Source of the DNA: Chiloscyllium plagiosum
Taxonomy: Eukaryota
Assembly (NCBI RefSeq): GCF_004010195.1
Contig: NC_057719.1
Location: forward strand, 34,449,281 to 34,482,641
DNA: 33,361 bases
Reading direction: 5' to 3'
Each line of letters opens with the position of its first letter. The stretch's first letter is position 1. The notes under the pieces are model-generated. The model ran no database searches. It was not told the origin of the DNA and saw nothing but the letters and a program-made list of their open reading frames with translations. The position numbers were made by a program, and so were the translations under genes. Below, piece by piece: positions 11,303-23,411 of the stretch.

Positions 11303-12046
11303 GAGAAAACATGTTCTTCTCACAGTCCCGCCACACTAATACATGCTATGTGGCCCATTAAATTTCCAACCTTTGTGTTTTACATTTTTCACACCTACAT
11401 AATTCAAAACATTAGCTCACACCTTCTACCCATTGCAACAACTTGATAGAACGATAAAACAATCCTCCTACAAGAGAATAAGAAGGTACTGTAATTACAG
11501 AATATGGTTAATGTCATTTATTATTTCCAAACTAAAAGTAATGATGAAACAGAAATTGGTTTAGCCCAGTAAGTGGTCTGTGTTGAAAAGAGGCATTGGT
11601 AGTATAATGTAGTCACTTGAACTAATTGCTTGCAAATTAAGTATCAATGCAACCTCTCAGAGTGGAATCAATTCATCAGCAAGACAAATATTCTCTTCTA
11701 TTGATTTTCTTGTGGTCAGACCATTCTCTGCAAATGATTTTTTTTGTCAAAACATTATTTAGCTGCACAGTTAACTACATTTCTTGGCCTTTTCAAATGT
11801 ATCCACTGACAACTTCAAGACTGACCTAGTACCAAAGGTCTGCATTATCAAGAAGTTTGGAAGATGACTCCAGGTTAGGTAGACTGGCTCCTGGGTTTTT
11901 CAGTGATTCAAGATTTATCATTAGAATAATTCATTTTGGAAAGATCAGTTGACAATATTAGCATTACATTGAATCCTGCACTTTTACATTCTACCCAATC
12001 TCCCAGAGAAGTGCCAACATTCACCACCAGGAAAGATATTTACCTA

Positions 12047-12182
12047 ACAAAAGCAAATGACAGCGGATGCTGGAATCTGAAACCAAAAGAGAAAATGCTG
12101 AAAGATCTCAGCAGGTTTGGCAGCATCTGTAAGGAGAGAAAAGAGCTGACATTTTGAGTCTAACTGACCCTTTGTCAAAGCT
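12047..12182 (-). mobile_element. PLE-pLTR-derived short element with variant hammerhead-like motif
   Basis: Reverse complement reads agct-TTGACAA-a-gggtc-agtta-gactc-AAAA-t-GTC-agct, followed by gatgctgccaaacctgctgagat...ccagcatccgc, shared with the other pLTR copies. Confidence 0.7.
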
Positions 12183-12249
12183 GTTGGCCAAGCACATTGA
12201 ATGAAGCCTCCCCAATGCCTGATACCTCCTCATTACTAATCTCATAACC

Positions 12250-12376
12250 TAAATACCAAAGGGATTGCAGCTCTTCAAGGTGGCAGATCATCACCCAATT
12301 CTCAAGTGTAATTAGGGATAGACAATAAATGCTGACCTAGTCAATGACACTTATATCCCACAACTGAATAGAAAAA
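12250..12376 (+). mobile_element. Family-B LINE 3' tail
   Basis: ttcaaggtggcagatcatcacc...aattagggatagacaataaatgctgacctagtcaatgacacttatatccca...gaatagaaaaa. Confidence 0.7.
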
Positions 12377-13119
12377 GCTGACAGTTACTCCAATGTCTGC
12401 CTTGTTGTTTTCAACTTACTTTCATAACTAATATTTAACAACTTGTAATTGAACTGCAAAGAATATGTGCATAACAGCTGCAGGAAGTTGAGGAACATCT
12501 CATCAAGATCAAATTACAACGGCTCCACTTTGAGTATGAGGTGAAGATACCACTGAAGAAGAGAGAAAATGGGTTGAAATGTTGAAGACAAAATAAACAA
12601 CATATTTTGTGACATATTAATACAGATTAATAGAACAGTTGAACACGCATGTTGCCCTTGTAAAATTAGAAATTACAAAATCAACTTTTGAAATTTTTGC
12701 AGGCTTGTTTTCTCGCTACACTCATGTCTCTGAATCATACATAAATAAAACACATCATTTTACATGTCACCTGAACACAATGTATTAGGCTGACGCAAAT
12801 TAAAATATTCTGGGTTGTGACCCCAACACTGTAATTCTTATTTTGCAATGACCTCCACCAAAAGATTCAACTTCTGTTCTGGCCCTCAAGGGAAGGTTGA
12901 TGATACAGGTAAGTTTACAAAAAAAGCCTTATATTTGTTGCTCAGATCTGTTCATTTTTCCCTACCCCATCCCCCTTCTTTTTCATTCCAGTGTCTGACT
13001 CCTCCTTGCCTTCTGTATCTCACTGAAATGGTTATATCTGCATAGTAAGCAATGCCCGCACCTTGGCAAGATTGTGATTCACTTAGTCCCTCAGTTAAGT
13101 CAAAGCTGTGTTTTCTGCT

Positions 13120-13545
13120 ACTGTTCATAGTCCTCATCCACCACCTTCAGCATTCAGCCCCTCTTCCATGGACACAAATGGCAGTAGTGTGTGCTTTAAA
13201 GAAGGTGCACTGCAGTAAGCTCACCAAGGCTCCTCCAAAAACATCTTCCAAATCCGTGCTCTCTCTCACCTACAAGGATAAGGCAACAGATACATGGGAA
13301 TGCCACACCCTCCAATTTCCCCTTCAAGCCACACAGCATCCTAAATTGGAAATATATCACCATTCACTGTTGCTTGGCGACAATCCTGTAATTGTGGGTA
13401 TCCTTGTATGTGAGTATCCCTATAATACAAAGATGGCAGTCATTCAAGAAGGCAGCTCACGACCACTTTCACCTTGCCAGTTAGAGATGGACAATAAATG
13501 GTAGTCTAGCTAATAATGTCCACATTTTATGAACATTAAGCAAAT
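13120..13545 (+). mobile_element. Family-B LINE 3' end
   Basis: The ORF 13052-13504 segment VVCALKKVHCSKLTK matches 23800 (MCTMYKMHCSNLPR); ends in the shared tail cagttagagatggacaataaatggtagtctagc. Confidence 0.75.
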
Positions 13546-13680
13546 GAGTTGCTTTAAATTTACAAATGTTCAACTGAGCTGCAAAACCCTCTAGCATGTA
13601 TGCAGGGTCCGTGATTTTTCTGTCTTCTGCTACTGGTGAGAATTTACTCATAAAGATCTCAATAGCTCTTGCTGTTTTGG

Positions 13681-13880
13681 TTTAACATGTTTGATGCGTA
13701 ACAGTCACGCTCAGTTGTTATGAGAATTTTCTTTGGCATGAGCAGGGCTTTTAGAGTCTGTAACATTCTCAGAAGTTTTTCCTTACTATTATCTTTTAAT
13801 ATTTCAAAGAGAACATTAAAGAATGCGTGACAACATATTGAATGGTGGTGCTTCATAAGACTATGCCACATGTGAGGGAA
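13681..13880 (+). mobile_element. Harbinger (HARBI1-type) transposase C-terminal relic
   Basis: FNMFDA*QSRSVVMRIFFGMSRAFRVC resembles N..H..TR.VVERTFG.LK.RFRCL; a frameshifted VVLHK (13845-13859) resembles CVLHN. Confidence 0.45.
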
Positions 13881-14039
13881 GGTGATTTAGAGAGATCCAG
13901 CTGATAGGGTATCTGCAGTTTTTAATTTTGTGATCACTGTGACATCCCACAGGATAACGCTGGTGCAGGAATGGCATGCAGTGTACAATTGTCTCTGTGC
14001 TTCTCTGACATTAATCAGTCCTGACACAATGCTAGATAT

Positions 14040-14255
14040 TGCGACTTCCTGGGCTGCCTTTGTCAGATCACTGAACCTTCTGCGACATTGCAGGGATGTC
14101 CTGCTGTTTAGAGATATTACACTTATTAGCAGTTCCATTTGCTTCTAAGTAATTTGCCCAATCCTTGCAGACAATTTGAATCTCACATCACAAAATTACT
14201 CTCCTGCCTTATTTTACTTAACAGATGCTCCAATTTATTCTTACTAATATTTCCC
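14040..14255 (-). mobile_element. Myb/SANT-like DNA-binding domain relic (Harbinger second ORF; NAIF1/MSANTD type)
   Basis: ISKNKLEHLLSKI..RRVIL...LRSKW, then frameshifted SVISLNSRTSLQCRRRFSDLTKAAQE, matching FS..ELE.LL...W......RT..QC.KRF.DL. Confidence 0.6.
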
Positions 14256-14451
14256 ACTTTTCCTCCCACTTGCTATCACCACCTCCGCTTCATTCATTGA
14301 TGTTCCTTTAAGAATAGGATGCCTTTAATTCACAAAATATTCTGCCTTCTTCTACCTGCCACCATTTTTCTAAAGGTTTTTTAGACTTTGAAAGCATTTC
14401 AGCCCAATTATCGGCAGAGTTTATGATGGCAACTCACTGGATTGTTGTTAT

Positions 14452-14772
14452 GAATGGCCAGTGTCTTTTCCCTAGGTGGGGAATTTTAAAACTAAGTGCA
14501 TATTTTTAAGGTGAGAGAAGAAAGATTTTTAAAAAGTCATGATGGGCAAATTTTCACACAGAGTGGTTTACGTGTGGAATGAACTTCCAGAGGAAGTGAT
14601 GGATGCAGGCACAGTTACAGTGTTTAAAAGACATTTAGATAAGTATATGATTAAGAAATGTTTGGAGGGATATGGGCCTAACGCAAGCAGGCGAGACTAG
14701 TTTAATTATGGTCGGCATGGACTAGTTGGATTGACAGGTCTGTTTCCATGCTGTTTGACTTTATGACTCCAT
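14452..14772 (+). mobile_element. CR1 3' end
   Basis: gtcttttccctaggtgggg...gtgtggaatgaacttccagagg...ggtcggcatggactagttgga...gtctgtttccatgctg with a tatgactc-type tail. Confidence 0.9.
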
Positions 14773-14789
14773 AACAAGGTCAGTATGTT

Positions 14790-15260
14790 TATCCTTCCTT
14801 TCTATCACATTCAGGCACAATGTCATTGGGATACAATTCTGTGCCAGAGATTATGCAAAGGCTGCTGGTCAATGAGAGGACTTGCTCTTTCTATCTGTAG
14901 AGGCATTGCTGAAGCAGCAAGCATATCAGACATTACTGTCTCGTCACTCTATTTAATAAAAAAAGAGCATCAATACTCAAAACAAGAGGCATGTAAATAC
15001 CTTAAATAAATGTAATTGCATGCATTGACCTATGAAAATATAAAGGATTTTCTTTATCGTGTACACCACTTCTGCCATTTGTCATTCTTTCATTGTAAGA
15101 AAAGAAAATACCCGTTGTTTATACAAGGCAGTTGTCTGACTCTTGGTGTAACTCCTGTAGGTGCTGGGAAGGAACCTGTGACATTGAAATCGCTGATCGC
15201 ATTGCCACTGATATTGTCTGGTGCAAGTGGCTCCTACACTGCTCCTCTAACATTATGATG
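14790..15260 (-). mobile_element. Possible Harbinger transposase N-terminal relic
   Basis: Minus strand DFNVTGSFPAPTGVTPRVRQLPCI (TGSF at 15179-15168) resembles HARBI1-type F.ATGSFQ..TGD..GISQ....CI; only weak downstream motifs. Confidence 0.4.
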
Positions 15261-15604
15261 CAGCTGTCTGCCCCCTAGCATTCTCATAGTTGACTGTGTT
15301 GCATTTCACCCACTGAGATGCCTGATGCTAAATAAAAGTCCATTAAGTAATTGAAAAGTAAAGCAAGCATACAAAATTGAGCTTCAGATTCAATTCCAAA
15401 CATTTTTCACATCTTGATCAAAGTTTTCCACCCCATGGACCAAGCTTGCCTTCTGCACAATAAATCTTTAAAAGTCAATGGAAACTAAAGGCATGCAGAA
15501 TGTAAGATGGGCTAGTGAATTGCCATTGCCTGCTTTGCATTACTACCCAAGATGGGTCAATGATCTGATGGGCAACAGAAAATCATTTGATAGAAATAAA
15601 ATTA

Positions 15605-15741
15605 GCCGAAAAACTGTGGATGCTGAAAATCAAAAAACAAAAACAGAAATTTCCGGAGAAACTCAGCAGGTCTGGCAGCATCTGTTCTGAAGAAGGGTCA
15701 CTGGACTCCACGGTAACTCTGCTTTCTTTCCACAGATGTTG
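15605..15741. mobile_element. PLE-pLTR-derived element with inverted halves and a decayed hammerhead
   Basis: Minus-oriented half (actcagcaggtctggcagcatctg) joined to plus-oriented CTGAAGA-a-gggtc-actg-gactc (15687-15708, GAAA lost)...cacagatgttg. Confidence 0.7.
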
Positions 15742-15775
15742 TCAATGCAGGAGTGTATGTGTTAGAGAGGATTAA

Positions 15776-15867
15776 AGCTGGAAATGTGTTGCTGGAAAAG
15801 CGCAGCAGGTCAGGCAGCATCCAGGGAACAGGAGAATCGACGTTTTGGGCATAAGCCCTTCTCCTCC
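15776..15867 (-). mobile_element. 92-bp PLE-pLTR mini-element with 14-bp TSD
   Basis: Perfect direct repeat ttagagaggattaa at 15762-15775 and 15868-15881; the body is the reverse complement of most of the 22243-22372 element. Confidence 0.9.
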
Positions 15868-17633
15868 TTAGAGAGGATTAAGGCAAGGATAATAGTATAG
15901 ACAGTATTATTGAACTTCGATCTCCAATTGACTTAGCCTTGGACTTGGTGTTTCAACAGCAGCGGAGGATAATGTTGAGGAAAGGCAACCAATGCTGTGG
16001 AGATACAAGAACCATCTTGATAATAAAGCAGGTATGATGGAGAAAGCTGAGCTTAAGGACAAGCAAAATACTGTGGTTTTACAATCTTGACTCAGCCTAA
16101 TGCAAGGAAATCTGATGGACGCAAGGCCAGAGACATGATTATGTTTGTAAAAGATAACAAAGATGTCATTTGCTTTGCCAATTTTTAGTTGGAGCAAGTC
16201 AACAATATTGTCAATCAGATAATTGGCAAGTGTAGCAAGTCTTGTGAAAGTTGATTCAAAGATTAGGAAGTATATCTTCAATGGCGACATGTAAATGCTA
16301 GAGAAACCAAAGACAGAGAGGGAACAGGATAATTTTTTCGAAACAAGATAAAGGCTTTTGCACCATCAGAGATTTGCTAAGGCCTAATCAGAGTAAAGAA
16401 TTTTTTAAGATAAAATGACTACCTGGTAATGATCGTACACATATTTATTGGAATATAAGATGTGATTTTACCAGTAGCAACAGACTACCTGAACTGGTCA
16501 GAAAGTAAATTTTTCATAGCATGCAAAACTTAATATGTTTCTACAAAAAAAAGACTCATTGACTTGAGCTAGATTTTGTTTTTCAGAATTGATCTGGGAT
16601 CATGATTGTTATATTAATCACTGTCTTTGTGAACATTTTTGCAACATAATTGATTCATTTCGAAGGAACGTCATTTGTTTTCATATACCATCAGAATGAC
16701 ACTTTTTAAGCTACTGCAGACCTCATGAATATTTCAGACACATACGATTTTTAGGCAGTTGCAGTAATCTTGTGAATCATTGTGCCTTTCGGAGAAGTGA
16801 GCAGAATTCTGAAGAGACCAACGGTTGCAACTAATATATTCATTACAGGTGCTGAATGCTAAATAAGATCATATTTTAAAATGGATATTTATCATTGCCT
16901 ACTCCAGAGAAGTATATATCATCAACTCAATGCCGCTATTTAATTAGAAATGAGATAAAGGGAAAAAAATATGCTTTATTGGCTTCCAAAAAAAATTATA
17001 TGTTATAACACAGAAATCAATGACACCTCTTTCACAGCATTGGGAAGGAGAAAGTCACTGCAGGTCAAATCATATATTCAAAAGTACTCTCACACTGGGT
17101 ACATCAAAATAGCATCCTCCGGCCCTAATTTTGTAGCTTTCTGGATTATGCTTTTCTATCCAGCCAACAATTACAGGAGCACAGCTGAGAACCCACAGCT
17201 CAGATGTTCAAACTACGTTGGAAATCTCTGGTTAACTACCATGCTGACAGCAATATAACTACAGAAGGCAATCAAGCCTCCCACAAAACAGCAATTGATT
17301 AATTCAGTCTTCAAATTCATTCATTTTCAATGCCTTACTTTTTTGGCTGAGGCAGTTTGATCTATGTATTAATTTTTCGGAATGTAGATCATTCTACCTC
17401 TTTCATAATTCTTCTGGACTCTTTGTCCATGCAAGGCCAAGATAGGAAAGCAATCTGCTGCCAGTAACTATTAATTCTACTTGCAACCAACCACTAGGAG
17501 CAATAGGACAGTGCCATAATTTGGCGAGAACTTGCTTGGGGGTTCAGTCTTTAACAGTAAGGCTGAGATCATGAACTCAGCGCTGTAGAAGGAAGGGTGA
17601 TTTTTGGTTTAAGTCTTTGTTCTGCATTACCAT

Positions 17634-17933
17634 GAGGTGGCATGGTGGCTCAGTGGTTAACACTACTGCCTTACAGTGCCAGGACCCAGGTTTGATTCCA
17701 ACCTCAGGTGAGTGTCTGTGTGGGTGTTCAGTTCCCTCTCACAGTCCAAAGCTGTGCATTTTAGGGGGATTGGCCATGATAAATTTCCCACAGTGTTCAG
17801 GATTGTGCAGGTTGCGTGGATAGCCATGGAAATATAGCATAGGGGTGTGAGTCTGGGTGGGATGTTCTTTGGAGGGTCAGCATGGACTCGATGGGTTGAA
17901 TGGCTTGCTTCCACACTGTTGGGACACTATGAT
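17634..17933 (+). mobile_element. HE1-type tRNA-derived SINE
   Basis: A box tggctcagtgg, B-box-like ggtttgattcc, central cacagtccaaag...ggattggccatg, CR1-like tail gggtcagcatggac. Confidence 0.88.
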
Positions 17934-18102
17934 CACTATTCTGTGTGTTGCAATCTGTATCCTTTAGGTGTGTATATTTTTTAGAAGCTTACGTGGGCTA
18001 GTGTGTGAGGATAAACCTTGTGGTTTAATGAGAGGAGTCTTGTCGAACAAATAGGAACTATTTACATTTTGTAAGAATCAGCATCAGTACAAAGACTGTT
18101 AT

Positions 18103-18222
18103 ATGGCATTTGTAGTATTGTGGTAGAATCCCTACCTCTGAAGCAGGAGATCCAGTTTCATATTCTATCCTATTCCAGATGTGGGTAACACAATCTCTGA
18201 GCAGGTTGATTAGAAAATATCT
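18103..18222 (+). mobile_element. Short tRNA-derived SINE, degraded
   Basis: tRNA-like head gtagtattgtggtagaatccctacctctgaagcaggagatccagtttca, ending gcaggttgattagaaaatatct. Confidence 0.5.
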
Positions 18223-18624
18223 AGAAAGGAGGAGTTAGGTCTGTCTCACACAAGTTACTGCTTTGCTCTCCCACCACGTTGTATGATATCCCCACACTGG
18301 ATGGTGCATATTGTTCTCAATCTGTTATTAATGCTTTCAGATCTTTCCCAATCTGCACGCAACAATCATGAAACATCACTTGATTATTTTAACAAGATGT
18401 GAATTTCCCCTGAACAGACTTTTAAATACCTTTCAACAATCATCAATGGAATAATTAATACAGTTGAAATCTGATGCAGTTTTGATGAGTTGTTTGAGTG
18501 TATTCACACATTTGGAGTACATTGCAAAGAGTCAACAGAGAATGTTTTTCAAACCTTTGGACACCTTCAATAGTGTGCAAGAACTTGACTGCAACTCCTA
18601 ATTAAAGTCAACTTCATTCTTTGT

Positions 18625-18934
18625 TCACACAATCCCTACAGAGTAGGAGCAGGCCATTTGGACAATCAAATCCACACTGACCCTCCAAGGACCCTCCCAC
18701 CCAGACTCACCCCATCCCTGTAACCCTGCATTCCCCATGGCTAGTCCACCTTGCCTGCACATCCCTGGACACCATGGGAAAATTAGCATGGCCACTACAC
18801 TGGAGCACCTGGAGGAAACCCACACAGACGTGGGCAGAATGTGTAAATTCCACACAGTCACCAAGGCTAGAATCAAACCCAGGTTCCTAGCACTGTGAGG
18901 CAGCAGTGCTAACTACTGAGCCACCGTGCTGCCC
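18625..18934 (-). mobile_element. HE1-type SINE
   Basis: Reverse complement starts gggcagcacggtggctcagtagttagcactgctgcctcacagtgctaggaacctgggtttgattc; homologous to 17634-17933. Confidence 0.9.
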
Positions 18935-19409
18935 TAATGTTATAATTGCGGTAGCACTTCCACAACAGCTGAATCAGTGCTCCTTCATGTTGAACAACAT
19001 GTAAAAATGCTGAGTGTAGCAAGGGCACAGAATGCATTCTGATTATGAAATTTCCAAGCCCATCTCCAGGAGTGACTTGGCAGCACTATTGCAGGCCAAG
19101 CTGGCCAAAGCCTTAAGAATATACCTGCTTTCAGGAATTGGTGAGAAAGTTTGCTTCAAGGAAAAGTCTGCTTGACTTTGCCCTCACTACTGAACCTGCC
19201 ACAGATGTATGAGCACTTGAACGTTAGAAATGACCATTGAAAGATTCTTATGGAGATAAAATTTCATCTTAACACTGAGAGATCTTGCATCATTTTGTGT
19301 GGTGCCACCACATTGCTCAATCTGATAGATTCAGAACAGAACCAACATGTTAAAACTAGGCATCCATATTGTGCCATATGGGCCATCACTAGCAGAACTG
19401 TATACAACC

Positions 19410-20893
19410 TTTTTTGCTTATTCTTTTAGGGGATGTGGCCACCACTGGCAATACCAGGATTTATTACACATCCAACTTGCTCTTGAATTGAGTAGCTTGC
19501 TAGGCCATTTCAAATGGCAGCTAAGACATTGCTCTGGGTCTTAAGTCATTTGATTCACAGATTGTTATGACACAGAAGGAGGCCTTTTAGCCCATCATGT
19601 CTGCACCAGCTCATCAATCGAGCATCCCTACTTCGTGCCAATCTACTGCTTTTTTCGACCCTTTTACATTATTTCTATCCAAATGATCTTCCAGTGCGCT
19701 CTTGAATGCTTCAACTGAACCTGCCTCCACCACACATCCAGGCACAGCATTTCACATTCTGACTGAATGAAAATGTTTTCCCCTCACATCTCCCTTGTTT
19801 CTTTTGCAAATTTCTTTAATCCTATGTCCTCTTATTCTTGTTCCTTTTGTGAGTGGGAAAACTTCACCCCACCTATTCCCTCCAGTCCACACATGATTTC
19901 GAAAATCTCTGTCAAATCTCCTCTCAGCCTTCTTTTCTCCAAGGAAAGCAGTCTCAACTTTTTCAAACTGTCTCCATAGCTGAAGGTTCTCATTCGTGGA
20001 ACCATTCTCATAAATCGCTTCTGCACTCTTATGTTCATTCACTTATTTCTTATAATTGGACATTTGAAAGTTACATAATACTCCAGCCAAGGTCTAACTG
20101 GCATCTTGAACAAGTTCAACATCATCGCCTTGCTTTTGTACTCTTTGGCCTGAATAACAAAACTGAGGACAGTGTTTGCTGTATTCACTGCTCTCTCTAC
20201 CTATCCTGCCATCCTGAATGATCTGTGTACATATCCACCAAGGCCCTTCTGCTTTTGCATCCCCTTTAGAACTGGGTATCATACTTTATTTTATGTGTAT
20301 CACCTCATACTTATCTTCATTAAAACTCACCTGCTAATTATCTGCCCACTCTACCAACTTGTCTATGCCCTTTTCCAGTTCCATGCTGTCCTCCTCAGAG
20401 TCTTGTTTCATCTTCAAACTTTGAAATTGTGCCCTGCATGCTCAGATCCAGAAAATTAATATATTTTAGGAAAGGCAAGCATCCTAGCACCAATCCCTGG
20501 GGAACTACAAAGATTCTTCCAGCCTGAAAAACACACATTGATCATTGTTCTCTGTTTCGTGTCACTCAGCTAATTTTATATCCATGCTGATACTGTGCCT
20601 TTAATTCTACAACTTAAAATTTTCCCTCAAAGTCTGTTGTGTGGCTATATGAAGATCAGGTAAGAATGGCTGACTGCCCTCCATAAGTGTCAAGACTGGA
20701 TCAGCTGGGTTTTTACAACAATTGGCAATGATATCATGGTTAATAATTATTGAGACTAGCTTGCAGTTGTAGATTTGTGAATTGATTCAATTTTAATTTC
20801 ACCAGCTGCCATGGTACCACTTATGTCTATGTCCCCAGAGCATTGATGTTTGGATTCTTTGCCTAGCGACATTATCATTACACCATTGTCTCC
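19410..20893 (-). mobile_element. tRNA-derived SINE split in two (19410-19548 and 20646-20893) by a CR1
   Basis: Both halves are reverse-complement homologs of the 21313-21625 SINE and join collinearly (...gggtcttaagtca | tatatgaagatcaggtaagaatggc...). Confidence 0.7.
19549..20645 (-). mobile_element. CR1 3' fragment (older subfamily)
   Basis: RVQKRFMRMVP...LEKRRLRGDLTEIFEIM and TRIRGH on the minus strand; 3' end similar to 3985-4200. Confidence 0.9.
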
Positions 20894-20989
20894 ACGTAGC
20901 CTGGCCTATATCTCATTCTACCATTACTATCAAACCAGAGACCAACTCTCACTCAGTTATTAGTGTGAAGATGTATGTCAGGTGCTGTT

Positions 20990-21173
20990 GTGTTGCCATA
21001 GATTTTACCAGACCATAGGGGCTGCTCTCTCTTTAGAGGGCCACCAGACTTCAGATGAGGGAAGAGGTTGAGAAGGAGAGCCCTCCATGGAAACCTCAAA
21101 CCGGCAATGGGAATTGAACCCACACTGTTGGCATCACACTGCTCTGTAAACCAATAATCCAGCCAAATAAGCT
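20990..21173 (-). mobile_element. tRNA-derived SINE (third family)
   Basis: Reverse complement agcttatttggctgga...gtgtgggttcaattcccat (B box)...gagagcagcccctatggtctggt. Confidence 0.7.
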
Positions 21174-21312
21174 TGCAGCACCACACATACCTAAAGCTGT
21201 GGTGCCAACCTGATGAAGCTACAAGGTTATACATATGCTATAAGCAGAACAGCATGCTATAGAAAGCTTCAATGGATCAGATCAAATTTTTTCAGTCCTA
21301 TCACATCTATTA

Positions 21313-21625
21313 GGAAGCAGTGACAAAATGGCAATGTTATCAGAATCGCAGGTTGATATTCTCTGTAGATGGGTTCAAATCCCACCATGGCAGATGGTAA
21401 AAGTTGAATTCATTAAAAAGAAATTTAGTAACACGTTAGCCTAATGAAAACCATGTAATGACTATCAATTGTGAGGGTAACCCATCTAGTTCACTAATGC
21501 TCTTTAAGGAGGGAAATCTACCATCCTTTCCTGTATGGCCCAGAAATGACCACAAACCCACAGCAATGTAGTTGACTCTTAACTGTCCTCTGGGCAATTA
21601 GCGATGATAATAAAAATAAATTAAT
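21313..21625 (+). mobile_element. tRNA-derived SINE with family-B LINE-type tail
   Basis: B box gggttcaaatccc (21371-21383); body cccatctagttcactaatg...cacagcaatgtagttgactcttaactg; tail gggcaattag followed by an A-rich end. Confidence 0.8.
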
Positions 21626-22242
21626 TAATGAAAGTTGATAGGCAATTAAATGGGAGGGGCCATGAATGTGTCTTTCTTCATTAATAGCGGAGTCCAGCAC
21701 ATCAATGCAAAAGACAAGGCTGAAGCATTTGCAGCCAAAACTTCCAAGAGAATGATTTATTTTTCATCTCTTCCTAAGGTTTTAACCATCATAAATGCCA
21801 GTCCTCAACAATTTGATTCATTCCAAGTGATGTCAAGAAACAGCTGAGCAAACTGGATATAGTAAAGGCTACAGACGTCGATAATCTCTCAGCTGTAATG
21901 GTGAAGACTGTGCTCTAAAACTAACCAGAGCCCTATCCGAGCTATATAAGTATTGGCACCTATACAATAAAATGGATACTTTCTTTGTTATGTCCTGTCC
22001 ACATAAAAAAGGGAAATCCAAACCAGCCAATCATTTTCTCATCAGTCTACTCTTAATTGTCAGCAAAACGATGGAAAGTGTATTTAAAGCACTTACACAG
22101 CAACAAGCAGAAGTTTGAATTCTGTCTGGGCCACTCAACTCTAGACCATAGTACAGTCTTAGTCTACTATGGAGAAAAGAATTTAGATTCAGAAGTGGAA
22201 TGAGGATGAATAGTCTTGATCTCAAGGCAACATTTCACTGAG

Positions 22243-22372
22243 CCCTGAAGAAGGGCTCATGCCTGAAGCATCGATTCTCCTGTTCCTTGGATGCTGCCTG
22301 ACCTGCTGCGCTTTTCCAGCAACACATTTTCAGCTCTGATCTCCAGCATCTGCAGTCCTCACTTTCTCCGAG
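22243..22372 (+). mobile_element. 130-bp PLE-pLTR mini-element with hammerhead motif and 14-bp TSD
   Basis: TSD aacatttcactgag at 22229-22242 and 22373-22386; starts cc-CTGAAGA-a-GGGC-tcat-GCCT-GAAg-c-ATC. Confidence 0.9.
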
Positions 22373-22679
22373 AACATTTCACTGAGAGCCTCTTCAACCA
22401 AGTGTATAAAATTGAAGTTAATCAGAATAAGAGGGATATTACATTTAGTACAAAAGATGGTTGTTTTTGGAAGTTAAGCATTTTAGTCCTTGGAGATTGT
22501 TACAATGGTTCTTCAGGAAAATGTCCAGGCTCAACCATTTTCATCTATTTCATCTATGACCTTACTTTCAGCATAATGTCAGGACTGGGATGATTGCTAA
22601 TATTCATACAATTTTCAGCTCCATGTGGAGCTCCCCAGATAATGAAAGAGTCGAGCACCATAGGCAATAGGGGGCTGCA

Positions 22680-23411
22680 CGTAGGAAGCTCAGAGGAACA
22701 GAGTGATTTTGGGTTGCTTGTCCACAGATCCCTGAAGGTGGTCGGAGCAGTTAATAAGGTAATTAAGAATGCATTCAGGACACTTACTTTTATCAATCAA
22801 GGCACAAATAACAAGGATAGGAAGGTCATGTTAAAGCTATACAGAACTTTGGTTAGGCCACAGCTGGAATACTATGTGCACTTTTGATCTCTGTACTGTA
22901 GGAAGGAAGTGATTGCACTGAAGGGGGTGCAAAGGAGATTCACCAGAATGTTACCTGAGATAGCGTGTTTCAAATATGAAGAGAGGCTGGATAAGGTTAA
23001 GTTGTTTTCTTTAGAGCTGAGAAGGTTGAGGAAGGACCTGAGAAAGGTACATATGGTTATGAGGGCATGGACAGGTGGATAGAAAGCAGCTGTTTCCCTT
23101 AGTTAAAGGGTCACTAACAAGAGGCATGCTTTAAAGATGTAAGCAAGAGGTTTAGAGGTGATTTGAGGAAATGTTCTTATCATCCAGACGTTGCTAAGAT
23201 TCTGAAATGCACTACCTGAAAGGGTAGATGGGACAGGAATCTCACATTTTTTAAAAAGCACTTGGATGTGCACTTGAAATGTCATAACGTCATGGCAATA
23301 AGCTTAGTGCTGGAAAGTGAGACTATTGTAGATACAGTGTAGGTTTGGTCCTATAGAACTGATGGCCGAAAGAACATCTTCTGTATTGTATAATTCGAAG
23401 ATTCTGTGATT
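22680..23411 (+). mobile_element. CR1 3' fragment nested in the family-B LINE
   Basis: EEQSDFGLLVHRSLKV...LYRTLVRPQLEY; ends ...attcgaagattctgtgattc. Confidence 0.88.

Noticed and set aside
11780..11890. SLEDDSRLGR as a decayed FADDTKLG motif of an ancient CR1; similar faint L2-like traces at about 24630-24760
   Set aside because: Too degenerate to support without an alignment.
12865..12914. Perfect plus-strand donor CAG|GTAAGT at 12908/12909 with a GPQGK collagen-like peptide
   Set aside because: Weak upstream acceptor, no continuing Gly-X-Y pattern and no partner exons; expected by chance in 33 kb.
13052..13504. Longest ORF (150 aa) as a CDS
   Set aside because: Mostly lies in a family-B LINE 3' end and drifts between its frames.
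14890..14950. GIAEAASISDITVSSLY resembling a TFIIB helix-turn-helix
   Set aside because: Short, low-information match with no flanking similarity.
15907..16290. 127-aa minus-strand ORF as a gene
   Set aside because: No recognisable protein family or supporting exon structure; only a faint resemblance to degraded LINE RT, too weak to call.
21313..21390. A/B-box sequences as tRNA genes (also 17640, 18900 and 21110)
   Set aside because: No complete cloverleaf; each continues into a SINE body.
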